Source: Octopus bimaculoides (lineage: Eukaryota). From it: 62,474 nucleotides of DNA. The notes under the pieces are model-generated. The model was not told the DNA's origin. It was given only the letters and a program-made list of their open reading frames with translations, and did not search any database. The stretch is from NCBI RefSeq assembly GCF_001194135.2, contig NC_068998.1, forward strand, positions 28,651,561-28,714,034, given 5' to 3'. The translations under genes and the position numbers were made by a program. Below are positions 25,330 to 38,048 of this stretch, one piece after another. Numbering within the stretch: the first letter of the stretch is position 1; the number at the start of each line of letters is the position of its first letter.

Positions 25330-26225
25330 CAAGATGGTAATAAAAAGTTCCCAGACTAGTTCTGTAGCATGCCAACAGATGGGAGCACGTGGTTATGTGC
25401 ACAGTGTGCCAAGTGACATTGCTGTGTTTACTTCACAAGTTGTGAAATTTGTGATCATGTGTATGCTATAGTCTGCGATTTTGTCATGGATAGGAAGTTG
25501 GAACAAAAAACCAACAAGAAATTTTGCATTAAACTTGGGAAGTCTGCTACAGAAACATTGAGCATGCTTCAGCAAACTTGCAACAATGAGGCAATGGGTC
25601 ATACACCATGTTTTGAGTTGTATATGTGCTTCAAAAGTGGAAGAACATTTCTGGAAGATGATGAGCAATCTGGAAGACCCGCCATGAGCATCGCTCCCCC
25701 CCCNNNNNNNNNNCCCCCGAAATATGGAAAAAGTTCATCAGCTTGTGTATGAGGATCGTTGGAGGACAATGAATAACATTTTGAAGCATTTGAGGAAGGA
25801 CATTCGGCAAAAGTGACTGAATCTGTGAAGTGCAAAGAACTGGATTCTTTACAACAACAATGCACCCTATCATGGAGCTCTCCTCACTCATAAATTGCTT
25901 GCCAAAAACAACATGGCACCACTTCCACACACCCCTTATTTACCAAATTTAGCACCTGCAGACTTCCATCTCTTCCCCAAAATGAAAATGCTGCTCAAAG
26001 GTTGTCATTTTAACACCACTGTTGAGATCAAGGGCGAATCCAGAAGGTCCGCAACTCACGTACAGAAAACAACTTCTAGGCCGGATTCCAAAAGTGGCAG
26101 GAATGTTGGGACTGGTGTATTGCTGTGCAAGGTGACTATTTTGAAGGAGATGATGTTAAGACTTTGGTAAATAAGTTATTTTCTATTAAATATAAATAGT
26201 CCAGGAACTTTTTGATACCACCTCA
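25330..26225 (+). mobile_element. Internally deleted mariner element
   Basis: TIRs caagatggtaataaaaagttcccagact / agtccaggaactttttgataccacctca with TA on both sides. Motifs KFCIKLGKSATET..ML, LEDDEQSGRP and PHTPYLPNLAPADFHLFPKMK. Confidence 0.93.
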
Positions 26226-26962
26226 TATGTTAGCTCCTTACTTCACTATTTACTAGTAATAACCTTTCTCAAAATAAATAATAAATATATAAATAAAAAT
26301 TTGAAAATATTGAAATGAAAGCAGTGAAATGATACTATATTGAGTTTAGTTTTAACATTTCACAATGATTTTCATTGTGTTATGTTTATTTATTTGTTTT
26401 TTTGTCATGATTAGCCACAGGTGATTGAACAAGTTGCTACCTCTGTTAAAGGAGCTATTCAAAGTGATGTCATCATTGAACAAGATAACATGTAGATTTG
26501 TGAAACAGTTCTGTCTGCTCATAAACTAGCTGTTAGGTATCAATAATTCCTCACATGTCTTTCAGTAGGCCTTTTGTACATTATTTGTAAAGTGTAGTTT
26601 TAAAATGTTATTCATGATATTGTTTTCTCAAGCGCAGAGAGAAGATAATCAGTGTCTGAGCATATAATCTTTCACATTACAATGTGTGCTGCATGGTAAT
26701 GTATAGTAACTGTGTTAAACCTGCAAAAGAATGACAGAGAATAATAAAACTGTTAGAGAGAAGATTTTTAGTAGAAAACAAAAAACAAAAATAGTTTGTC
26801 TGCAAGTTTTTAAGGAATATAGAATATAATAATGATAGACACATCATTTAATGTAGGAAAACTGTATGTTAGTTAGATATTGAATTATGAATTTTGTTTC
26901 ACAAAGGTGCATATGTCAATAATTTGTTAAATTTCTTGAACACACATTTCTTTCATGTCGCA

Positions 26963-27375
26963 AGCTACTACATGATACTACATTATACTGTGTGATTCTA
27001 CATGCTACTATATTGTACTACATGTGACTGTATGATATTACATGCTACTACATGGCACTATATGAAACTATGTGATGGATGATACTACAAGATATTATAT
27101 GATACTAAAGAATGCAACATAATACTACATGGTACTACAAGCACTGACAAGGAAGCCTCTAGAAATAGCAGCTAACTCTCCAAAAAATTGCAGCCTCATA
27201 TCTTAGAAAATGATACATCAAACAAAATGGTCTTAGGTTCCCTGAATATAAGAAAAACATGGGAAGATTGAAGTAGGAATGTCTTTTAATACTGGACTGT
27301 TTGATTAGGGCTGACAAGAAACTATCACAACATGATACTATATAATATCACATGATAATACATGGTACAACATAA
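26963..27375. repeat. Degenerate ~10-bp minisatellite (ACATGATACT-like) split by an insertion at ~27145-27325
   Basis: Recurrent ctacatgata / ctacatgcta / ctacatggta units. Confidence 0.7.
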
Positions 27376-27410
27376 TAGGCAGCAGTTAGTGTATCAGAAG
27401 AATGGTTACA

Positions 27411-27465
<55 letters not shown>

Positions 27466-28293
27466 TCCCTCAGAAACTGTGCACTAATGATAAACACCAA
27501 CATAAATGAATTCACTCCTTATGGTAATTTATTGCTACAATATTGACTGGATTTTGTTATGCAAGCAGGTTGGGTGAATTTATATCCTGAGTTATAACTT
27601 AAAAAAAGAAAATGACTTGATCATCTCAGCAATAATTAAATATATTAAAGCAGTTCTACTAAATATAATAATTATTCTACTAAACAAGATAATTAGAGAT
27701 AAGTAATTTATCTCTTCTGCCAGATTCATTCAGGCACCAGACAAAATGACTCAGAGAATTTAATTACAGCCCTGGGATTGACGAAATAAATACCAAGCAG
27801 CTTAAATTTGTATTATAAAATATAAACACTAATAGTTTAAAAATGTAAGTGGAAGGGTTGTTATCTTTATCTAACAGAGAACTCTAATAATTGAGATGTC
27901 CCTCATTTTAAAAGTGAAAGACTCTTGTTATTTTGGCTGGCAAAGAACAGGAGAAATACACTGCAGCATCATGTTTCTCTACATTTTGTGTTCAAGTACT
28001 TTACCCTTCATCATCCTTTGGTTGATAAAACCAGTGAAGTATTGGTTGATATAATTGACTATTGCCATCTTCAAAATTGGAACTCATTTGAGTGATAAAT
28101 TGAGTGAGTATATTTTAATCAGAAATACAAAATCCAAGCTGACTGTAAACTTAGAGATTCTTGTTACTGTCATTATCTTCATCTACAATTCAAAAGTGAA
28201 CTGGAAAGTGAACCTCTGGCATCAGATCGCTCAGTGATAACATTTTCTGTCTTCTTCCATAATGTTCAAGGTGTCTCCTATGTTGACAGTGTT

Positions 28294-28496
28294 TCAAATA
28301 GGTGAATGTAAATTATGTAGCTTTCTGTAAACATCCAACAATAGGATGAAGGAAAAAGCTAGGCAATATTCAAGGTTCAAATGCATTTCCTCCTCATCAT
28401 GGCCATCTTCAAAGATATCTTTACAAATGAATGAGGCAGGGCATTCTACATAGCCACTGAGCCAATGAAGTTTATTCAATGGAGGCTGGCTTAGGA
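28294..28496 (-). CDS. Possible terminal exon, or alternatively an L2 RT C-terminal relic
   Basis: Acceptor ttattgtttag, then an open phase-1 frame VLSQPPLNKLHWLSG...ILLLDVYRKLHNLHSPI*. LHWL and LLL.Y+.LHNL also resemble the L2 RT C-terminus. Confidence 0.25.
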
Positions 28497-29230
28497 CTAA
28501 ACAATAACAACAACCTCAGTAACAGCAACATCACCTTTTACATCTTAAAATGGATGAACAGTATTACCCTTGTTACTACTACTATTAACAACAAACATCC
28601 TACAAACAGAGGTTAGGGAATAGTATTTAATGTAAATATTAATATTACAGCAGTGCCTATCAACATGAACTGAATTATATTGTGATATTAAATGCACAGA
28701 TATCTGGTTGTTGACAACAGATTGTTATTTAAAACAATTCTATGCAGATATTCAGAGATAGTAAACCAACTTGATAGATAGATAGAATGAAGCCGGAAAA
28801 TACATAATCTCTGCTAGTTGTATCTGCCGCAAAGCTGCAAAATAAAAGTGTTAAAGTGCTAAACATGATGCTAAAGAAACATTTGAATTATTGATTATCA
28901 GTTGAAAAATAAATTGAGTGAATATTTTCAACCAGAAATGTTTACAGGATCCAAACTGACCGTAAATGTCAAGTAGTGACAATCTAAAGTGCATCAACAC
29001 CTTACAAATGGTGACATACGCAGAGCATTTAAGTTTATGAAGAGCCAAAAGGATAGAAATAATATTTATTCAATATAGAAGTTGGAATAAGATTCAGAGT
29101 GTTATAGAAAAATAAAATGTTTTTGTAAACAGCAGGAGATATTTCTCTTTAGCATATGTATGTATGTAAATATGTATGTATGTAAATATGTATGTATGTA
29201 TGCATACAAAATACACACGTACATACTTAC

Positions 29231-29329
29231 CTTGTCTGGAGAAAAGGACAGTGCCCATGGCTTTTGCAAGCCTCCTAGACAATGATGTTGATGGTATTAA
29301 TGTTCCTCTTGAATCTTTGGAGTTAATTT
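29231..29329 (-). CDS. Candidate 99-nt internal coding exon (phase 1-1) of an unidentified gene
   Basis: Acceptor gtctttctcatag and donor AAG|GTAAGT. The single open frame reads EINSKDSRGTLIPSTSLSRRLAKAMGTVLFSRQ. It is a unique island between a microsatellite and a SINE. Confidence 0.5.
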
Positions 29330-29367
29330 CTATGAGAAAGACATAATTTAAATCCATTCTAACATAA

Positions 29368-29660
29368 CTGGAACCCTCCATCAGTTACAGCAACAAGAGT
29401 TCCAGTTGATCTGATCAATAGAATAGCCTGCTCATGAAATTAATGCGAAAATGGCTGAGCACTCCACAGACAAGCATACCCTTAATGTAGTTCTCAAGAA
29501 GATTTAATGTTACACAGAATGTGACAAGGTTGGCCCTTGGAAATACATGCGCAATTTTTCCAGCTGAGTGGACTGGAGCAATGTGACACAACACGCTACC
29601 AGGAATTGAACTCACGACCTTACAATTGTGATCCGAGTAACCTAACCACAAAACCATATG
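29368..29660 (-). mobile_element. tRNA-derived SINE (third family)
   Basis: Minus head tggttttgtggttagg...gagttcaattcc followed by cacattgctccagtccactcagctg. Confidence 0.7.
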
Positions 29661-29702
29661 CTTTCTAAGTACATACTAACACATGTACATTTGAATACAC
29701 AT

Positions 29703-29744
<42 letters not shown>

Positions 29745-30295
29745 ACACACATAGATACATTCAATTCTGGAGAATGTGCATGTGTGTATATAATCAAAAT
29801 CAGATATGTCTAAGTATATCTTTGTTAAAAATTTTATTAGTTTGAATATGTATATTAGCACACACACACACATGTATTAATAACATATTTCCTAGTTCCA
29901 GCAAGCTTTCTAAATACCCTTTGTTTTCTGGAGGAAGCTTTTGTTGGTGACATTTGTTACTGCTGTTTACAGCAGGCAGAAATCATAGAAATGATGTTCT
30001 ATTGATGTCTTATCAACACATAACAGATTCTTTCACCATTTACATCAGATTACTGTTAACAAACAGCAAAGTGTCTACTCATATCATCAAATATTCATTT
30101 GAGTCAATGGACTATGACAATGTTTGTGTTTTGTGTCAGTCTCCAAGAGTTTTATATTGGTACCAGTAGCCAACCTGCTATTTGTTTTACCAATTTCTAA
30201 TCTGAACAGCTAAGTTCACCTGAGTTATGTCCCTTTAGCAAGTTACCTTACTTTATGGACTTAAATATCAATTGCTGTTTTACACTGGTATACAG

Positions 30296-30330
<35 letters not shown>

Positions 30331-30983
30331 AATGTATATATGATAGCTGAGTTTTGTAAGCATCTGAAGAGATCTCATTCCTCACTATTTCAACCATCTG
30401 ATATCGTCATCTTCCTTTTTGTCTATTATATATATATATATATATATATATNNNNNNNNNNNNNNNNNNNNNNNNNNNNNNNNNNNNNNNNNNNNNNNNN
30501 NNNNNNNNNNNNNNNNNNNNNNNNNNNNNNNNNNNNNNNNNNNNNNNNNNNNNNNNNNNNNNNNNNNNNNNNNNNNNNNNNNNNNNNNNNNNNNNNNNNN
30601 NNNNNNNNNNNNNNNNNNNNNNNNNNNNNNNNNNNNNNNNNNNNNNNNNNNNNNNNNNNNNNNNNNNNNNNNNNNNNNNNNNNNNNNNNNNNNNNNNNNN
30701 NNNNNNNNNNNNNNNNNNNNNNNNNNNNNNNNNNNNNNNNNNNNNNNNNNNNNNNNNNNNNNNNNNNNNNNNNNNNNNNNNNNNNNNNNNNNNNNNNNNN
30801 NNNNNNNNNNNNNNNNNNNNNNNNNNNNNNNNNNNNNNNNNNNNNNNNNNNNNNNNNNNNNNNNNNNNNNNNNNNNNNNNNNNNNNNNNNNNNNNNNNNN
30901 NNNNNNNNNNNNNNNNNNNNNNNNNNNNNNNNNNNNNNNNNNNNNNNNNNNNNNNNNNNNNNNNNNNNNNNNNNNNNNNNNNN

Positions 30984-31037
<54 letters not shown>

Positions 31038-31048
31038 GCACACACACA

Positions 31049-31545
31049 CAAAGGGTAGTGCCTGAAAAAGTAGCCATAATGTAAATACAGAAATTAATAT
31101 ATAAGTGTTGGGAAGGACTCACCACCATAGAAGATTTTGAAAATGGTTCCCTGTGGCATTAATACATAGCTATGCATGTCTAACCATGTTTATGTACACC
31201 CAGTGTAAGATAGTGACATCAATGGCAGTGATCCTTCAGTTCCAGTATTATATGTGGATTTTTTCATACATTTCAAGTGTTCCCAGAGATAATAATCACA
31301 TGTTGAAGGGTCAGAAGAATGTAGTGGCCACAAATTTTTACTGTCTGTGTATTGTTCTTCAAAGAAGATCCCATAGACTTGCTGCATGGACACCTGAGAA
31401 GTGTTGCAAGTCACTCCATCCTGCTGGAAGAAGTACACCTGTCTTTCATCTTCAGTGAGTTAAGCACAAAATGTTCATGTAGACCTCTGTGTTGACAGTA
31501 CTGTCAAAGAATATCAGCCCAGTGATCTATATCTTTAAAACAGCA
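31049..31545 (-). mobile_element. Tc1/mariner-superfamily transposase C-terminal relic
   Basis: FFQQDGVTCNT...LWPLHSSDPSTCDYYLWEHLK matches the FQQDGA.H / WP.RSPDL.PCD..LWG.LK motifs. Confidence 0.8.
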
Positions 31546-31704
31546 CACCATATATATAGATATAGATACATGTTTATACAGACAGACAGAAAGACAGATA
31601 GTCTCACACACACATATACTTTTCCATGCAAGCATGTTTGGTTTAGGCATGATTTGTTATAGCAATTTGCTATGGAGATTGCTCTTCCTGTTGACTAGCC
31701 TCAC

Positions 31705-31778
31705 CTTTTTCCAAGCAAGCAAGGTTTTTCCCTAATCCAGACTTGATATTATGGAAGATTGCAGAGAGAGTGTTGTAG
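31705..31778 (-). CDS. Candidate 74-nt internal coding exon (phase 2-1)
   Basis: Branch-like ctaat ~28 nt upstream, acceptor tattatag and donor AAG|GTGAGG. Frame YNTLSAIFHNIKSGLGKNLACLEK splices in phase to 29231-29329. Confidence 0.42.
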
Positions 31779-32182
31779 CTATAATAGTGATATTTGTTTA
31801 CAATTAGTGTGATGCCAACACAATGAGATAAAAACACACAGATACATACACGTGCGCGTGCGTGTGTGTGCATGCATTTGTGTGTGTGTGTGTGTGTGTG
31901 AATGTAGACATACATGTTTTTTAATAGAATGGAGTATAGTCTGATACCATAAGTTTCATGCAAAAGGTATTTGCAATTATTCAGATGGTGTTTGAATTAA
32001 TGGATGACAACTACACCATGTGCATGTGCTTGTCTCTGCATATCTATGCATTGACACCACTTGAGCAGCAGAGATATTCCTTTATATGTCCAGTAAATAT
32101 GTTCTGTGGTACATCTTTTGTTTTTTTTTTGATGTGTGAAAGCCAGTGGATTAAAAAAATACCTTACTTGAAATGTGAGAAA

Positions 32183-32493
32183 CACCTTGGGAAGCTGTCT
32201 TTGAGTTAAAATAATGTTTTCTTAAGTGGAGTTATTTAGTTATTTGTACACATCATCATCATCATTGTGTTGAAGTTCACTTTTTCTATATTGATATGGG
32301 TGAAAGAAGACAAAATTTATTCTCTGGTCAGAATACTGCTTCAATAAATCTTGTCTTCTTTCATCCATATCAATCTGGAAAAAAATGAACCTCAACACAA
32401 TGATGATGATGATGATGATGATATGTATAAATAACTAAATAACTTCACTTAAAAGGTATTATTTTAACTCAAAGAAGACAATTTCCCAAAGTG
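32183..32493. repeat. ~310-bp fold-back palindrome (arms ~32183-32320 and ~32343-32493)
   Basis: Arms align from caccttggg...tttgagttaaaataat through (cat)n to attgatatggg(a)tgaaagaagacaa..tttatt, leaving a ~22-nt loop. Confidence 0.85.
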
Positions 32494-34094
32494 CTGTACA
32501 ATGCAGTTGCACCTGGAGCCACTAGGTTGCAAAGTGAACTTTTTAATCACTGAGGCATTTCTGAGGCTGACCAGTCTGACCATAGTGAAGGTTGGGATGA
32601 CTGGTATTTGCTGCTGTTTAGCCTAGAAGTGTATGCAGATAAATATTAACTTATTCCTAGTAAAGTGTTTCAGAAGAAAACTGATCTAAAACACCTGTAT
32701 GAAAGGAATCAATGCAACATTGAAGTATGTCTCAACAGCACTAGTCATAGTACGTTCGTAGATTTGATAAAGTACTTTTGTATGATTTTGTGTTATAGCA
32801 ACAGGAGATAGAAGTATCAACAATTTCACTTCTCACTAAAACAAAACAAACAACATGATGTATAGAACATTTCTTTATGTAAGCAATAACCAGTAAGTCC
32901 TCAACCCTTTAACTATCACACATACATTCATAATCATTCACTGATGATTAACTTTAATTTGCATGCATATGAACACACCAAAATCTCTCTACACATTAAC
33001 ACTTCTTTATATAGCAAGCTATTGCTCATTAACACTTACCTTAGGAACATAACACGTTACAAATATTCAAAATCAAATTAGCTTTCAGGACATTAGCAAG
33101 TGTAAATTCTATTTGTATGCATGTATATGCATACACACATTCAAGCACACTCATGTATACACACACACACCACATGCACATATGTATATGACATCCATAT
33201 TGTTTATCATCACCGTTCTCTTTTACTGCCTAAAACTTGATTTGTCTTTCATATCAATGTTGCTTCCATCAAAGTCTCTCTTGCATTACTCCCAACACTA
33301 CTGTTTTTCAGTTTCAAAATGTTTTTTTGTTTTTTAATTCTAGAAAACACTAACAATCTTTAACAAATAATAGAACAAGAGAAATAACCACTGTCTTCAT
33401 ATGCTATATGCTATACCATTTTACCACCAAAAATACTTAAAAAGTCAATTTAAGAAAGAATCATTTGTCAACTAAGACAAGGAACTCCAACAACTAGATG
33501 GCTGTAGTGGCTGTACTTTCTGACCCAACAACTTCTGAGTTCACAGAAGAGGGCTCTGTTGTGAATGAGATCAAACAAAAGAACCATACCGCCCATTCAG
33601 ACATCTGCATACTCAAATAGCAAAATAATTCCAACATCACCACACACACCATTCCCTCCTTTCTTTCCATCACCTTCCACCTCTCCCCACCAAATACACA
33701 CAAAAATGGCCACATACTCCCAATCAACCTTTTCATTGGTCAAAATCGATAAACGACCCTCAGTTATACATCCATTAATGCTATTTTGCCCCCAAAAATG
33801 AATGCATGAGCATGATCTACCTGATGTCCATGAATACTATGGACTGCACGGTAACCATCCCAGGAATATGGACTATGATCGTATGAAACATGTGATTTGT
33901 GGAAATGTGCATAGCGTTGCATTAAAATATTTATAAATTCCATCCAAGGATTATTATTGTTATTGCTATATTAATCCCACATTAAATCAGCACAGCTCAA
34001 TGTAACCTCAAAAAACTGGTATTGCCAGTTGGCGTCATAAGGAGCTTTTATATGCATGTTCAAAACGTTTCCCATAAATGAATTTAAAGGATAT

Positions 34095-34290
34095 ATACAG
34101 GGTGTGGTGAATAAACTGTCATCTAAATTATGCAAAAATGAAAATAACACTTACACCCCATTTACCAGATATATTTACCAAAATTGCATAAAATTATCTT
34201 GAAATACTAATGGGTAAATTTATTCAATAAAATCACCATTGACTTCAACCACAGCCGCCAGACGACTTCAGAATCTCCTGCAACTCTTTC
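34095..34290 (-). mobile_element. maT/DD37D-like Tc1/mariner 3' end
   Basis: tacagggtg terminus; the minus strand reads like CRRF.SRLAAVVEVNGDFIE*. Confidence 0.6.
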
Positions 34291-34399
34291 TTGTTGGTCC
34301 ACAGAATAGACAGGGATTCCTCGGAGCAGAGTTAGCATCTGGAAATGATATTGTATGGTTTTTGTGTACCTTACTATGTTTTTAATTTTATCTTCCTTC

Positions 34400-35150
34400 A
34401 GTTGCTATACAAAATCAGCCAGATGTTGAATGTCTCTTATTGATTCTCTTGAAGCTGGTGACATGGTTGCAATAACAATTCTAAAATGAATCAGCCATCT
34501 GCCCAATGTAAACATACAGCCCTCCTCTTTTGTGCACCTCATACAGAAGTTCATCAATGGGCATTTTGATTTTTCTCTGCATGAGCATTTATCATATTTA
34601 TTTGTATATACGACAGTTCTAACTTTTTCTGATGTTGTTACCGTGTTAGCTATATCATAAGCATTTCTACTATTACAATTTAACTGTAATTGGTACTTTT
34701 CCTTGCAGTTTACATCTTTGTTGGTATTTAGATGTGTATGTTCGCTAGATCCAGTAAGTGGGTTACTGAACTGTTGTCACATTTTACTATTGTTTGTAAT
34801 GCATAAGCTGCTGTAAATTAGCAGAGTTAGCATAGGATACCTTCATGGTGTGCCGATTAAAAATAGCATGATATCGATTAGATTTAGGAAAACGTTTGTC
34901 CAAAGTAGCAAAAAATTTTCCAGTGATCTTGGCTGAAACATATGAAATGAAAATTGGGTTGAACCAATATATATTACAAACATGTACTTGCTTAGCAAAC
35001 GTTTTGTGATTGTGTATTGAAACTAAAATGATTTCAGCAGGGAAGACTCAAGTTAGTCATTCAGGAACACACATTGATTTCATTTAAGCATTTATTGTTT
35101 GTAACATGATGTCAAAATTTTCATTGCCTGATACTTCGACTTTGTTACAG
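34400..35150 (-). mobile_element. Penelope-like relic (second family)
   Basis: WFNP..., GKFFATLDKRFPKSNRYHAIFNRHTMKVSYA, and YIGQ motifs. Confidence 0.75.
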
Positions 35151-35269
35151 ATAAATGTGTGATTCATCTCAGCACACATTTCTCAGTGACCAGTGACACC
35201 ATACATGTAAGTGAAGTTAACAGACTTCATGTTTCTGAATCACTAACTTGTGTCTTCCACACTGCACAC

Positions 35270-35306
35270 CATTATACATACATATATATATCTATATGTG
35301 TGTGTG

Positions 35307-35394
<88 letters not shown>

Positions 35395-35600
35395 CGTGCA
35401 CACATTTGTGCGTGTGGTAAGTTTTTGTGTCTGTGTTTGTCCACTACCACCACTTGACAACCAGTGTTGGTGTGGTTACATCCCTGTAACTTAGTGGTAC
35501 AGCAAAAGAATTAAGTACTAGGGTTGATTCATTGGACTAAAATTCTTGAAGGTGGTATCCCAGCATGGCATTGTCTGATGACTGAAACAAGTAAAAGATA
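35270..35600 (+). mobile_element. (TG)n tract plus CORE-type SINE 3' half
   Basis: ccaccacttgacaaccagtgttgg...gactgaaacaagtaaaagata. Confidence 0.65.
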
Positions 35601-35998
35601 AACAACATAAGATATGTGTGTATGTGTAATTATACAAATGCAATACACATTTGTACATATGTACATTTATGTAAACATACATGTTATGCAGTTCTCTCTC
35701 TCTTTCTTCATCTCTTCCTCTCTCTATGTACAGTGGGGGTAATTTTCTAACTTTGTGGTCGAAGGTTATTTCAGTTCTCCTCTCTTAGTTATATATCTAA
35801 TCATATACAAATAACTAGAAGCATTATTTAAACATCAGATTACAATTGCAGAAAGATTCTTGCTCATACCTGACCCAGGAAATAAAAGAAATTTCAAAAC
35901 ATGCCTATAACATTTATGCTATTTATTTACTTTGAAGCAGTGTGTTTACAGAAGAGATGTGTGCTAGTTACTTTTTCTATGGTCACAACCAAATCCTC

Positions 35999-36038
<40 letters not shown>

Positions 36039-36199
36039 TATATACATATAAATTAGTGTACATTTTCATACACAAAAGAAGTGACCTTATATGCTGGAAA
36101 GGGCCGTTAAAGCCCAAACCACAAATAAGAGTAATTTCAAAGGGAATGAAAAATAAAAACATTTCAATAGTTACCCTTATACTTGAGTTTCAACATCAA

Positions 36200-36510
36200 T
36201 GCATGTATACGGAAATGTTGGCCCTGATTGCAAAGGATATGTGAAGGCTAGAGAGGAATGAGACAAGAATACTCCACTGAATGTGTAATGTAAGTGTACA
36301 TGTTTGACAGAGTGCTAATGTATCGTGTGAAAGTTAGGTATAAGAAGAATTAGATGCAGTGTGCAAGAGAGAAGACTATGCTGGTTTGGTTATGTGATAT
36401 GGATGGATGCCGACAGCTCCATAACAAAGAACCAAAATCTGAAAGTGGATGGAACATGTGGAAGAGAGAGGCTCGGAAAGATATGAGACAAAGTATTGAA
36501 GGACAATCTC
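36200..36510 (+). mobile_element. RTE LINE ORF2 C-terminal fragment
   Basis: Resembles ETWAL...RLERNE...KLGIR.IRC.VQERRL.WFG.V. Related copies lie at 40040-40500, 44340-44780 and 44990-45900. Confidence 0.7.
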
Positions 36511-37985
36511 TGGATGCTGAATGTTTCATACAGTTTCCTTCTACCAGATTCACCCACAAGGCATTGGTTGATCTGGGGCTATACTAGAAGACATTTGGTC
36601 AATCACCACAACAATGTGGTTGTGAATTGAACTTCTTAATCACACAGTCATACATGTACTTAAGTAAGAAATTATCATTATTAGAGTTCAAATGTCACTA
36701 AAAGTCAAATTAATCTTTCATGCTTCTGGGATTGATAGAATAGCAGTCAAGTAGAGATTAATCTAATTTACTATGTTTTTCTTTTACATTTCTGGTCTTA
36801 TATTAGAAATAAATCAGTCATACTGGTGGACCTTGACAATAATATCTGCCTGGGTGACCTTAATTTCTCTGTATGTATTGGTATGCAGCATAGCTATGAC
36901 TTACTTTCAGGTGTTTTAACACCAGGTGCATTGAGAATATATTCTTTTATGCCTGCAAACGCAGCTGACCCATGAATTAGCAACACATACACCTTGTGTA
37001 TGTGCGTTTTTCAAACCATTTAATATATAGTCATATTTGGCAATATAGATTGGAGCAGGACTTGTTTGGTATGTGGCATTGAAAATTCCTAACAATGAAA
37101 AAGCATTGATGTCGAGATACATGGCATATTTTATAAATATGCCTAAAGTATCATAAAAGCATGAAACTGTTTGTAGCTCTTTCAGTTGTGTATTAAATTG
37201 ATATTTATCTCTCAGCAAATGGAGTACTTTTTTTGTTGATTCTACCTACATTGGATTTATAGACTATGTGTATGTGTGCATGTGTGTGTACACACACACG
37301 CACATATATATATATATATATATATANNNNNNNNNNNNNNNNNNNNNNNNNNNNNNNNNNNNNNNNNNNNNNNNNNNNNNNNNNNNNNNNNNNNNNNNNN
37401 NNNNNNNNNNNNNNNNNNNNNNNNNNNNNNNNNNNNNNNNNNNNNNNNNNNNNNNNNNNNNNNNNNNNNNNNNNNNNNNNNNNNNNNNNNNNNNNNNNNN
37501 NNNNNNNNNNNNNNNNNNNNNNNNNNNNNNNNNNNNNNNNNNNNNNNNNNNNNNNNNNNNNNNNNNNNNNNNNNNNNNNNNNNNNNNNNNNNNNNNNNNN
37601 NNNNNNNNNNNNNNNNNNNNNNNNNNNNNNNNNNNNNNNNNNNNNNNNNNNNNNNNNNNNNNNNNNNNNNNNNNNNNNNNNNNNNNNNNNNNNNNNNNNN
37701 NNNNNNNNNNNNNNNNNNNNNNNNNNNNNNNNNNNNNNNNNNNNNNNNNNNNNNNNNNNNNNNNNNNNNNNNNNNNNNNNNNNNNNNNNNNNNNNNNNNN
37801 NNNNNNNNNNNNNNNNNNNNNNNNNNNNNNNNNNNNNNNNNNNNNNNNNNNNNNNNNNNNNNNNAATATCGCCATCCGTTTAGAGAAAAATTTTGTAGTT
37901 TAGAATCAGTAGTTCTTTGACTGCTATTTCTAAATTTTCAGTATGTTGGAGAAGCAACTCAATGCTAATCCCTGTATATTTATGA

Positions 37986-38042
<57 letters not shown>

Positions 38043-38048
38043 TACATA

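Noticed and set aside
32168-32198. 31-nt minus-strand micro-exon with GTAAGG donor, in phase with 31705-31778
   Set aside because: It lies in a SINE-derived palindrome arm and has a weak AAG acceptor.
32941-32960. CTGATGA as a hammerhead core (also at ~2552, ~8304 and ~15174)
   Set aside because: There is no downstream GAAA or stem I pairing; three of the sites fall in a LINE tail, a mariner end and an RT ADD motif.
33040-33110. Strong minus-strand donor (AAG|GTAAGT)
   Set aside because: All frames from the available acceptors contain stops.
35151-35206. Plus-strand AG/GT-bounded 56-nt frame DKCVIHLSTHFSVTSDTIH
   Set aside because: It is isolated, abuts the antisense Penelope relic, and has no compatible partner exon.
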